A stretch of DNA of 32,000 nucleotides from Fastidiosibacter lacustris (GTDB lineage Bacteria; Pseudomonadota; Gammaproteobacteria; Francisellales; Francisellaceae). Within the stretch, counting starts at the first letter, position 1. Each line of letters begins with the position of its first letter. A program made the position numbers and the translations under genes. Below, piece after piece: positions 1-8,884 of the stretch. The notes beneath the pieces are model-generated. The model saw nothing but the letters and a program-made list of their open reading frames with translations. It was not told the DNA's origin and ran no database searches. The DNA lies in assembly GCF_003428155.1 (NCBI RefSeq), contig NZ_QLIR01000010.1:30001-62000 (forward strand). The letters are read 5' to 3'.

Positions 1-2
1 TT

Positions 3-533
3 GAACCTATTCATTACGATGAGATTAATACTGTAGTAAATGAAATTATTGTGATTGAGTCTAATGGCATAAATGCAGCTACTTATCTTAACCATTTGGG
101 AGCAATTTATATTAGAGCTTACAAAGAAAAAACTGAGCATTGGTCAAGAATTGTAGAACATATTACTCATGAAGCCGCTCATAACTTACTCTATCATATT
201 TGGTTTAGGGAAAGAATTCTGATTGATGACAATGGATTATTCTATACTCCTTTTCGCCTGGACTACAGACCAATTAGTGGCGTTTTTCACGCGATGTTTG
301 TATTAGCCAGAACTATATACACATTTAATTATTTACTCCAAGCAGAAATAAGTAACTTATCTTACGAAGATATTAGTAGCCATTATAATGAAGCCAATAA
401 TACACTGAAATTTAAGGAAAAATTTCGACAGACAGTAAATGTATTAAATAGCTCAAAGAAATTGACTGTATTTGGAGAAAAAATAATTAATGATTGTATT
501 GAATTAGTACATAAATGTCACATTGGAATATAG
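3..533 (+). CDS. C-terminal part of an HExxH-motif peptide-modification family protein (TIGR04267-like). The reading frame is open to the left window edge, so the gene is 5'-truncated by the window.
   Basis: Frame 3 has no stop from nt 3, so the GTG at 51 in the track is probably internal. Motif string THEAAHNLL...YTPFRLDYRPISGVFHAMFVLAR matches the HExxH...(A/T)P(W/F)R.D.RP..G..H..(Y/F) pattern I recall for this family. Confidence 0.6.
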   Translation, partial: EPIHYDEINTVVNEIIVIESNGINAATYLNHLGAIYIRAYKEKTEHWSRIVEHITHEAAHNLLYHIWFRERILIDDNGLFYTPFRLDYRPISGVFHAMFVLARTIYTFNYLLQAEISNLSYEDISSHYNEANNTLKFKEKFRQTVNVLNSSKKLTVFGEKIINDCIELVHKCHIGI

Positions 534-740
534 CTATAGCTATGCCTGGAATTTTTAGGCTAGAGCTAGCTTAGATAATCCCAAACCACAAGAAAAACGA
601 CCGTTTTCTTGGCGGTCCAAAAATTTGTATATCTAAGTGTAAAATCAGCAAGTAAACTCATTGTGAAATTCAACATTAATTTGTATTATCAGATTTATAT
701 TTATTAGAGTTCTTTATCATGCCTAGAAATATTTTTAAAT

Positions 741-2042
741 TCAAATCCCGGATATAGTCATAGGCATCTGATTATTCATTTTGCTTTGACGTATAACACC
801 CTTTGTTTTATCTGACAAATCAATATGAGTAAGTGCTAGATCATATAACGATGCGGTTAGAAGTCGTCCTTCATACATTGAAAACGCCTTACAAATCGCA
901 TTTTGCATGATTTCTTTTATGTCCTTAAAAACATATTCAACTGATATTCTATCCTTTGGTGTTGACATCATAGTATAAAATGTGCGTGCCATCCCCATAT
1001 TTGCTAGAAAATCAGGAATAACAGCAAGTTTAGCATCTAAAGATTGTGAACATAAACCATAGCAATATTCTCTTTCCACAAATGGATGATTTGCTCCACA
1101 TGAAATGAGCTCCAAACCATTTGTTATCATTTTATCAACTAAATTTTTCGCGATTATGTTTGATCCTGCCGCAGGAATAAGGACATCTATTTTTGTTATC
1201 GCTAGGATTTTATTAAATTCAGCATGAGACATATTATCTGGCAAAACCTTTAACACACGCCTTGCGCACACAAGATCATTAATTTGTTTGGCACTTAAAC
1301 CGTCATTCATAATCACACCAGCATCACGATCTGTCAGCGCAATGATTTTCGCTCCCGCTTGATGCAAATAGTAGGCAGCAGCAGCGCCAACATTACCTGC
1401 TCCTTGTACGTAGATACGCTTATTGTTCACATGCTCATTTTTTGCTTGATAATAAGCAATAACCGTCTGTGCAACGCCATAACCCGTAACCATTTCTGCT
1501 AACTTTACTTCACTTTCTGCAACCTTAACCACTGAATTTAATAGCAACATGTTTTGGTAAGCAGTTTGAGTTTTTATTTCATCACCCTTACAAAACGCAT
1601 GAATAATACCTTGTTGAGAGTTATCAAGACCTAAGCCACGTAAGATCTGATTAATTTTATGAATATCAGTGTTTAAGTCACTACCTGTTCCATAGTACTC
1701 AGCTAAAAGTGGACGAATAGCTTTATACCAACGCTCAAGCACACCATATTTATCTGGGCAATCAGGATCAAGTCGAATACCTGTTTTAGCGCCACCAATG
1801 GCAGGACCAGATAATGCAAATTTTATTTCCATAATTTTAGCAAGGGTTGTTACTTCTTCTAACGTGATACGCTCATGCACACGTGTACCACCACCTGCTG
1901 CATTGCCACGTAAAGAGTTAATTACTAAAAAACCATGCGCAGAAGACTTCTTATCTCTCCATTGAAATGTAATTTCTGGTTCTTGTTGTGAAAATTGTTC
2001 CAAACGATCCACCACACTGTTTTGAAAGTCCATTAAATTCAT
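741..2042 (-). CDS. Glu/Leu/Phe/Val dehydrogenase superfamily protein, Leu/Phe/Val-dehydrogenase-like rather than glutamate dehydrogenase
   Basis: 433 aa. Has GNAAGGGTRVH (compare LeuDH GPALGGTRM) and PAIGGAKTGIRLDP (compare LeuDH GGGKTVIIGDP, catalytic Lys). Rossmann motif YVQGAGNVGAAAA. Last gene of the co-directional Phe/Tyr catabolic cluster. Confidence 0.8.
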   Translation of the reverse strand: MNLMDFQNSVVDRLEQFSQQEPEITFQWRDKKSSAHGFLVINSLRGNAAGGGTRVHERITLEEVTTLAKIMEIKFALSGPAIGGAKTGIRLDPDCPDKYGVLERWYKAIRPLLAEYYGTGSDLNTDIHKINQILRGLGLDNSQQGIIHAFCKGDEIKTQTAYQNMLLLNSVVKVAESEVKLAEMVTGYGVAQTVIAYYQAKNEHVNNKRIYVQGAGNVGAAAAYYLHQAGAKIIALTDRDAGVIMNDGLSAKQINDLVCARRVLKVLPDNMSHAEFNKILAITKIDVLIPAAGSNIIAKNLVDKMITNGLELISCGANHPFVEREYCYGLCSQSLDAKLAVIPDFLANMGMARTFYTMMSTPKDRISVEYVFKDIKEIMQNAICKAFSMYEGRLLTASLYDLALTHIDLSDKTKGVIRQSKMNNQMPMTISGI

Positions 2043-2176
2043 TTTTTCCTTTACCCCTTTAATCTACAAAGTTTCTACTAATATTCTGGTTTTTCACCTC
2101 TTTCTTACTTTGCAATATTTACGTACATAGTTCAATCCGTTACAAGAACGATATAAAAACTAGAACAGTTTAATCC

Positions 2177-2509
2177 TTATAACAAAGCATCAATTTTTGC
2201 TGCACAAATAAAGTCATTTTCTGTTAACCCATCCACTGAATGGGTTGTAAAATGGATAATACAACGATTAAAACTAACTTCCATATCAGGGTGATGCCCT
2301 TCATTGTTAGCAATCCAAGCCACTGCATTAACAAATGACATGGTTCTATAAAAACCCTTAAACTCAAATGTACACGTAATTTTTTTACCACATGGACTTA
2401 ATTGCCATTTTGGTAAGTTAATAAGATATTGCTTTGCCTCTTTCTGATTTAAAGGCACTAAATCGCCATACTCACAAACTTGGCATTTCTTATCTAATAA
2501 ATTTTCCAT
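2177..2509 (-). CDS. phhB: Pterin-4a-carbinolamine dehydratase
   Basis: 110 aa. Motif EGHHPDMEVSFNRCIIHFTTHSVDGLTENDF is typical of PCD/DCoH. Lies immediately downstream of phhA. Confidence 0.9.
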   Translation of the reverse strand: MENLLDKKCQVCEYGDLVPLNQKEAKQYLINLPKWQLSPCGKKITCTFEFKGFYRTMSFVNAVAWIANNEGHHPDMEVSFNRCIIHFTTHSVDGLTENDFICAAKIDALL

Positions 2510-2575
2510 TTTTTATCCTCAAACTATTTAATGGCTCATTGCTTTTGTGTTTTCAGCATTACTGATTCTTCATCT

Positions 2576-3355
2576 TTATTTATATAAAGGTTCAAATTCA
2601 GGTAAGCTCTGTGATTTTACAATAAGTTTAATAAAATCACCTTTAAGCACGTTATAAATACTCTCATAAGAATTAATCACATAATACAACGGTTGATAAA
2701 TATCGATTCTATAAGGTGTTCTTAAAATGTTAAGCGCATCAAATTTTTCATAACGCACCATAGGATCCTCCAATGCATACACTGTCTCCCCAATCGAAGA
2801 TAAAATCCCTCCACCATAACAGCGAAGTCCTTTTTTAGTATTGATGAGCCCAAACTCAATGGTAAACCAATAAAAACGCGCTAAAAGTCTTTGAATGTCA
2901 TGAGGCTGCCCAATGCCTAATTGCCCATAACGCTGCATAAACTCAGCATACACAGGATGAGTTAACATCGGACAATGACCAAATAACTCATGAAAAATAT
3001 CAGGTTCTTGTATGTAAGTTAGTTCTTCTGGTATACGGATAAAAGTTGCGCAAGGGAATTTACGCTCTGATAAAAGTTTGAAAAAACGATCAAAACCAAT
3101 TAACGCAGGCACGGGTTCAACCTGCCAACCAGTTTCTTTCTTTAAACGTAAATTAAGATCAGGAATCTGTGGGATTCGATCACGTGAAAATGATAAAATT
3201 TCTAAGCCTTGTAAATATTCCTCACAGGCACGCGAAGCTACAATTTTAAATTGGCGCTCAATCAAAGCATGCCATGTGTTATTTTCAACCTCATCATAAC
3301 AAACAAAACCATTATGATCTGGTTTTTTAGAAACATACTTACTTTGCATTTTCAT
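2576..3355 (-). CDS. phhA: Phenylalanine 4-hydroxylase
   Basis: 259 aa. Iron-ligand region PDIFHELFGHCPML and TIEFGL are typical of bacterial aromatic amino-acid hydroxylases. The start overlaps the fahA 3' end by 17 nt. Confidence 0.9.
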   Translation of the reverse strand: MKMQSKYVSKKPDHNGFVCYDEVENNTWHALIERQFKIVASRACEEYLQGLEILSFSRDRIPQIPDLNLRLKKETGWQVEPVPALIGFDRFFKLLSERKFPCATFIRIPEELTYIQEPDIFHELFGHCPMLTHPVYAEFMQRYGQLGIGQPHDIQRLLARFYWFTIEFGLINTKKGLRCYGGGILSSIGETVYALEDPMVRYEKFDALNILRTPYRIDIYQPLYYVINSYESIYNVLKGDFIKLIVKSQSLPEFEPLYK

Positions 3356-4676
3356 CTACTGTCTTCCTTTGCACATTTCCCTCTTTAAATTTAGTTGACA
3401 TACTGACAATTTCCCCTAAAACTTCACCAAAGCCTATTTTATAACCTTGTCCTTGACAGAAACCACTGATTATTGCGATATCACCATCTTGTAGGAAAAT
3501 ACGTGTTTCACCTGTTTTAAGTTGAAGTGGGTTTTTACCCCCTTCCGTTAGCTCAATTAAACTACCAAAACTATCTTTTTCTTTACCGCTAATCGTACCA
3601 GATGCTAACAAATCACCTGTTGCCATCGGACAACCATTAACCGTGTGATGAGCAAGTTGTTGCATCATATCCCAATACATATATTTAAAGTTTGTCCTTG
3701 AAACAATCTGTGCTGTTTGCGACTTTGGTGTTTTAATCGCAAATTGAAGGTTAATATTGATACCCCAGTCTTCACTTCGTTTAAGGTAACCTAATAACTT
3801 TAGTTCTTCTTTGGGTGAAGGCACTCGAAATGGCTCAAGTGCATCTAAAGTCACTATCCAAGGAGAAATTGAGGTTGCAAAATTTTTCGCTAAAAATGGA
3901 CCTAGTGGCACATATTCCCATTTTTGAATATCGCGTGCACTCCAGTCATTGACAAGCACCATCCCAACGATATGTTCAGGTGCATTTTTAATGTCTATTA
4001 CTTGTCCATGTTTAGATGACAAGCCAATGATTGCACCCATTTCAATTTCAACATCCAGAGCCTGGGATGCACTAAAAATAGGTGGTTCATTTGAACTAGG
4101 CTTAATTTGACCATTTGGGCGTTGAATCATTGTACCACTTACAACAACGCTCCCCGCTCGCCCATCGTATCCAACAGGTAAGTGCAACCAGTTTGGTAGT
4201 AAAGGATTATCTTTATCACGAAACATGCGCCCAATGTTTTCAGCATGCTCACGTGAGGAATAAAAATCAGTATAACCCTTAATTTCTATCGGTAGATACA
4301 ATTTTGCATTGCTTTGCTTGATAAGGACTTTTTTCTGAAGGACTACATCATCACGCAAGGTTGATGTGTTTTTATTTAAAAGGTGACTAACTACTTCACG
4401 CAAAGTGCGCACTTTACTACGCCCATGCTCAATAAGTGGATTCAAGTTATTAAGTTGACTAAAATTTAATCCAAAATCTGGGAGCAGTTTACATTCATAA
4501 GCTGCCTTAAGGTCAAGGATATAATCTCCAATTGCAACACCAATACGTCTTCTAGAGAAATCCTCCTCTATGTCACTAAAAACACCCAATGGCAAGTTCT
4601 GAATTGGGAAATGACTATCTTTATCCACTTTAATAAAGGATTGAAGCTTAGGATCATTTGCTTTAATTTCTAACAT
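3339..4676 (-). CDS. fahA: Fumarylacetoacetase
   Basis: 445 aa, with length and conserved blocks (FPIQNLPLGVF, YTDFYSS, VNDWSARDIQKWEY) typical of FAH. The ATG shares one base with the hmgA stop (TAATG at 4674-4678). Confidence 0.9.
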   Translation of the reverse strand: MLEIKANDPKLQSFIKVDKDSHFPIQNLPLGVFSDIEEDFSRRRIGVAIGDYILDLKAAYECKLLPDFGLNFSQLNNLNPLIEHGRSKVRTLREVVSHLLNKNTSTLRDDVVLQKKVLIKQSNAKLYLPIEIKGYTDFYSSREHAENIGRMFRDKDNPLLPNWLHLPVGYDGRAGSVVVSGTMIQRPNGQIKPSSNEPPIFSASQALDVEIEMGAIIGLSSKHGQVIDIKNAPEHIVGMVLVNDWSARDIQKWEYVPLGPFLAKNFATSISPWIVTLDALEPFRVPSPKEELKLLGYLKRSEDWGININLQFAIKTPKSQTAQIVSRTNFKYMYWDMMQQLAHHTVNGCPMATGDLLASGTISGKEKDSFGSLIELTEGGKNPLQLKTGETRIFLQDGDIAIISGFCQGQGYKIGFGEVLGEIVSMSTKFKEGNVQRKTVDENAK

Positions 4677-5971
4677 TACTCTAAAACCTCACAATTAAAC
4701 TGTGCTCTTAATTCTGACCAACATGATAAATAATTACTTTGCAATAAATCCGTGGCTAAAGCGAACTCAGTTAAGCGCCATGCTAAACGTGTTTCAAACA
4801 TAAATGCCATCGTATTTTGATAACGAACGGGCTTTAGTTTAGCATTTGAAGCTTGAGTAAAAGTATTATAATCAGGGCCATGTGCTGACATCGGATTATG
4901 AAGGCTAAGCCCACCCGGTTGAAATCCTTCCCCTTTTGCATCATATTGCCCCGTTAATAACCCCATACACTCAGCCATAATGTTACGGTGATAATAAGGT
5001 GGTCTAAAGGTATCTTCACCAACAACCCAGCGTGGCGGAAAAATAACAAAATCAACATTTGCTGTACCCATTTGATAGGAAGGTACACTAAGAACAGTAA
5101 AAATGCTTGGATCTGCATGATCTTTAAGTACGGTATTAACTGGACAAAACAAATCTAAGTCATACTTATAAGGATATAAATTGCCATGCCATGCAATAAC
5201 ATCTAAAGGTGAATGCTTTATTTTCCCTTGCCATAATCTACCTTGATATTGACTATAAAGTGTGAAATCACCTGTTTTATGTTCAAAATTTGCACACGGC
5301 GCTAGAAAATGACGCTCCTCTGCCAAACCATTGGCACCGATTGGTCCTCTTTCTGGCAAATAAAAACTCGCAGTATTGGATTCACAAATATAACCACGAG
5401 CATTACTGTCAATAAGCTCAATTTGATAGCGTATGCCTCTTGGAATAACGACCACCTCATGAGGTTTTGCATCAATAACCCCAAACTCTGTTTTAAAGCG
5501 TAAGTGTCCTTGCTGTAATACGTATAACCAGTCACCATCTGCACTATAAAAATAACAATTCTCCATCGACGCATTGATCGCATATAGGTGAACTGCTGCC
5601 ACCTCGTTAAACATCATGGTCACCAAACCTTCAACAAGATGAGTTGGTTTATTAGGAATATCGATTGCACGCCAACGTATTTGCTCAGGTGGAGTCAATA
5701 TTTTATCTTGAAAAAAATTATTCCTCAATAAGCTGCTATTCACAAGGCTAAATTTAGGACTATGTAAAACCGATGGTCGAATACGATATTGCCATGCTTT
5801 AAAATTTTGTGCCCTTGGTGCTGTGAAAGCACTATTGTTAATTTGTTCAGTATATAGTCCAAGTGGTGCAATTTGAGGTGAATTACGATCTTGTGGTAAA
5901 GCACCTTTTACTGCCTCAGTTGCAAAATAGCTATGGAAACCAGATTGATAATGATGTGTATTCATTTTCAT
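4676..5971 (-). CDS. hmgA: Homogentisate 1,2-dioxygenase
   Basis: 431 aa. N-terminus YQSGFHSYFATEAVKGALP and PPYYHRN...MAECMG blocks are typical of HGD. Confidence 0.95.
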   Translation of the reverse strand: MKMNTHHYQSGFHSYFATEAVKGALPQDRNSPQIAPLGLYTEQINNSAFTAPRAQNFKAWQYRIRPSVLHSPKFSLVNSSLLRNNFFQDKILTPPEQIRWRAIDIPNKPTHLVEGLVTMMFNEVAAVHLYAINASMENCYFYSADGDWLYVLQQGHLRFKTEFGVIDAKPHEVVVIPRGIRYQIELIDSNARGYICESNTASFYLPERGPIGANGLAEERHFLAPCANFEHKTGDFTLYSQYQGRLWQGKIKHSPLDVIAWHGNLYPYKYDLDLFCPVNTVLKDHADPSIFTVLSVPSYQMGTANVDFVIFPPRWVVGEDTFRPPYYHRNIMAECMGLLTGQYDAKGEGFQPGGLSLHNPMSAHGPDYNTFTQASNAKLKPVRYQNTMAFMFETRLAWRLTEFALATDLLQSNYLSCWSELRAQFNCEVLE

Positions 5972-6009
5972 ATCTCTTTAATTAATTTATAACAACATAA
6001 TTTAATTAT

Positions 6010-6657
6010 CTATTCATGTTCGATGGCAACAACACTTTCAGGTGATGCTGCTATAAAAGCAGGATGTGTCATTGCCATATAATAAATGCGATTAATAATC
6101 GGAAATGCACTTATCTCCTCCACATTAAAACGTTTAGCATTATAAACTTGTGGAATTAAACAAATATCGGCCAGCGTAATATCATCACCAAAACAGTATT
6201 TTCCAGCTGACTTTTTAAGCTTCTCTTCTAAGGCATGAAAGCCTGATATAATCCAATGCGCATACCATTTCTGAGCTTTTTCCTCACTGATGGCAAATGT
6301 TTCTTTTAGATACTTAATCACACTAGAATTATTAAGTGGATGAATATCGCAAGCAATGGTTAACGCAAATGCTTTTACTTGTGCTTTAACGATAGGATCT
6401 ATTGGATAAATTCCATCTTGTGGGTATTTATCTTCCAAGTAGTCAATAATCGCCAAAGATTGGGTAATCACAACATTGCCATCTTTTAAACTTGGCACGC
6501 GAGATTGTGGATTAATCGTTTTATACTCAATAGAAAATTGCTCACCGCCGTTATTAAGTAAATGAATTTGTTTTGTTTGATAATTTAGTTTTTTAAGCTG
6601 TAATACAATACGTACACGAAAACTTGCCGAGGAACGAAAATAATCATATAAAATCAT
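6010..6657 (-). CDS. maiA: Maleylacetoacetate isomerase (zeta-class GST)
   Basis: 215 aa. N-terminal LYDYFRSSASFRVRI matches the zeta-class SSxSxRVRI signature. Sits between hppD and hmgA. Confidence 0.85.
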   Translation of the reverse strand: MILYDYFRSSASFRVRIVLQLKKLNYQTKQIHLLNNGGEQFSIEYKTINPQSRVPSLKDGNVVITQSLAIIDYLEDKYPQDGIYPIDPIVKAQVKAFALTIACDIHPLNNSSVIKYLKETFAISEEKAQKWYAHWIISGFHALEEKLKKSAGKYCFGDDITLADICLIPQVYNAKRFNVEEISAFPIINRIYYMAMTHPAFIAASPESVVAIEHE

Positions 6658-6666
6658 CTTTAACTC

Positions 6667-7749
6667 CTATTTATGCATTTGCTCACTTAGTACACCACGC
6701 TCAATTTGATCTAGCTCAATCGAGTCAAACAAAGCTTGAAAGTTTCCTTCACCAAAACCATCATCGCCTTTTCTTTGAATGATTTCAAAAAACACAGGAC
6801 CAATCACAGTGTTTGTAAAAATTTGCAATAAATAACCACCATCTTTAGTTGATGCACCATCTATTAAGATCCGATTTTTTCTCATCCGATCTACTGATTC
6901 AGGATGATAGGGTAAGCGCGCATGAGTTTTGGTGTAATATGTATCAGGCGTGTGCATAAACTCTAAACCTAAACCGCGTAAACGCTCCACCGTATCAAAA
7001 ATATCTTTACTCTCTAGTGCGATATGTTGAATGCCTTCACCATTATATTCATGTAAAAACTCTTCAATTTGCGAACGATCATCTGCTGATTCATTGATTG
7101 GAATTTTAATTTTTAAACAAGGACTTGTCATCGCTCTACTATATAATCCTGTTAATTTCCCTTCTATATCAAAGTAGCGAATCTGTCTAAAATTAAACAA
7201 ATCGATATAATACTGTGCCCATTTATCCATGTTACCGCGATATACATTGTGAGTAAGATGATCAATATACAATAAACCACATTCATTTTGCTTCATCCGT
7301 GCATCAGCACCAGCAATGCACTTAAATAAACCACTATCTAAAATTGAATCATAATGAGTTAAGTAAAGCTTAGTATCGGCAATGCCACAAATAACTTCTA
7401 TACTATCACCGTTCCAATCATCGACGTTTTTTTCCTTAACTTTGGCGCCTTTTTTGATACAATGCACTAGTGCCTTTTCAACGTTTTCTACCTTAAAACC
7501 CATCCCACAGGCACCAGCCTTATGTGTATTTTTAAATGTTTTAGCAAACCCTTTATCTTCGCTATTGAGCAAAAAGAATATATCGTTTTGCTGCCATAGC
7601 TCAATAGTTTTATTTTTATGATTGGCAACATGCGTAAAACCGATTAGTTTAAATAGGTCACGAATCTTTTGCGGTGCATTACTAACGTATTCTAAAAAAC
7701 TAAAGCCTTTGGTACCGACTGGATTAGCTAAAACCTCCATTGATTCCAT
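6667..7749 (-). CDS. hppD: 4-hydroxyphenylpyruvate dioxygenase
   Basis: 360 aa. Blocks GIQHIAL, YLLQIFT and FFEIIQRKG...GFGEGNFQALFDSIE are typical of HPPD. First gene of the catabolic cluster. Confidence 0.9.
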   Translation of the reverse strand: MESMEVLANPVGTKGFSFLEYVSNAPQKIRDLFKLIGFTHVANHKNKTIELWQQNDIFFLLNSEDKGFAKTFKNTHKAGACGMGFKVENVEKALVHCIKKGAKVKEKNVDDWNGDSIEVICGIADTKLYLTHYDSILDSGLFKCIAGADARMKQNECGLLYIDHLTHNVYRGNMDKWAQYYIDLFNFRQIRYFDIEGKLTGLYSRAMTSPCLKIKIPINESADDRSQIEEFLHEYNGEGIQHIALESKDIFDTVERLRGLGLEFMHTPDTYYTKTHARLPYHPESVDRMRKNRILIDGASTKDGGYLLQIFTNTVIGPVFFEIIQRKGDDGFGEGNFQALFDSIELDQIERGVLSEQMHK

Positions 7750-8013
7750 TGCAACCTCCTTAAAAAATTCTTTCCCAGTTTTTATACATGGACAAGCGGG
7801 TGTTTGCTTGCATGGTGGCTAACATACCATAGCATAACGACGTTTGCATCAAAACACAGTGAAAAACTAGCTTTATTTGTATTATGTAAATTTATTGCAT
7901 AATAACAGCAACATGACTTGACAATTGAAATAACTAACTACCATTTTAAGTTATTGATTAAACATAGAACCTTTATACAAAAAAAGTAGCAAGCAGAATC
8001 AAAATAATTTAGA

Positions 8014-8877
8014 ATGCCGAACAAAAAAATACATATAACCTACATGCTAAAAGACACATTTTTTCTCTATAGCCAAAAAATTCTGCCGCAAACTTTATTA
8101 TCACGTTTAGTTGGTAAGCTAGCTAATTGCCAACAACATCATATCAAAGAAACTCTTATTAAACTTGCAATTAAACGCTTTCAAATTAATCTTGATGATG
8201 CTTTGCTACAAAATATTAGAGATTACAAGAGTTTTAATGATTTTTTTACACGCAAGCTTAAGCCTGAATCTCGTCCCATTAATCACGATTCAAAGGCGAT
8301 TATCTCCCCCGCTGATGGAAAGATAACTCAAGCTGCGAAAATTGACTTAGGCAGAGTTATCCAAGCAAAAGGCAAATATTTTACTGTTGATGCACTCACT
8401 GCTAAAACCCACACAACCAATTACACTGATTTTGCCGTCATTTATCTTGCACCAAAAGATTATCATCGTGTGCATATGCCTATAGATGGCACACTCACAC
8501 GTATGAGCTATATTCCTGGCAAACTGTTTTCAGTTAACGAGCTTACCGCTCAAAACATTGATAACTTATTTGCTAAAAATGAACGCTTGATATGCTATTT
8601 TGATACTGATATTGGTGAAATTGCTGTAATTTTTGTTGGAGCCATGCTAGTTGCAGGGATTGAAACCGTTTGGCATAAAATGGTCGCACCAAACTACTAT
8701 AACAGTATTCAGCACTTTGATTATCAAGGGCAAAATATCCACTTTAGAAAAGGCGATGAAATTGGATTATTTAACTTTGGTTCAACGATTATTACACTGT
8801 TCCCTGAAAATAAAATTGCTTTTAATGACAACCTTTCCGAAATTAAAATGGGACAGAAAATTGCACAAATTAAATAA
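8014..8877 (+). CDS. psd: Phosphatidylserine decarboxylase proenzyme
   Basis: 287 aa. Has the YHRVHMP block and the FNFGST self-cleavage (G-S-T) motif near the C-terminus. The true start may be the Met at 8044 (MLKDTFF...). Confidence 0.9.
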   Translation: MPNKKIHITYMLKDTFFLYSQKILPQTLLSRLVGKLANCQQHHIKETLIKLAIKRFQINLDDALLQNIRDYKSFNDFFTRKLKPESRPINHDSKAIISPADGKITQAAKIDLGRVIQAKGKYFTVDALTAKTHTTNYTDFAVIYLAPKDYHRVHMPIDGTLTRMSYIPGKLFSVNELTAQNIDNLFAKNERLICYFDTDIGEIAVIFVGAMLVAGIETVWHKMVAPNYYNSIQHFDYQGQNIHFRKGDEIGLFNFGSTIITLFPENKIAFNDNLSEIKMGQKIAQIK

Positions 8878-8884
8878 CTCACGA

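Noticed and set aside
531-542. 12-bp perfect palindrome TAGCTATAGCTA overlapping the stop codon of the HExxH ORF
   Set aside because: It is an isolated short palindrome with no second copy in the window and no adjacent promoter context. It could be chance.
589-611. Hairpin CAAGAAAA-ACGACCG-TTTTCTTG between the convergent HExxH and dehydrogenase genes, considered as a bidirectional terminator
   Set aside because: The stem is 8 bp but A/U-rich, and no proper U-tract follows on either strand. The evidence is too weak to call.
740-748. TTCAAATCC, resembling a tRNA T-loop
   Set aside because: There is no flanking T-stem complementarity, acceptor stem or anticodon arm. It overlaps the stop-codon region of the dehydrogenase gene.
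7750-8013. Three TTGCAT-containing motifs and a TGTAAA half-site in the hppD/psd divergent region, considered as TyrR/PhhR-type operators
   Set aside because: No full TGTAAA-N6-TTTACA box is present. The spacing of the repeats is irregular, and the motifs are short enough to occur by chance.
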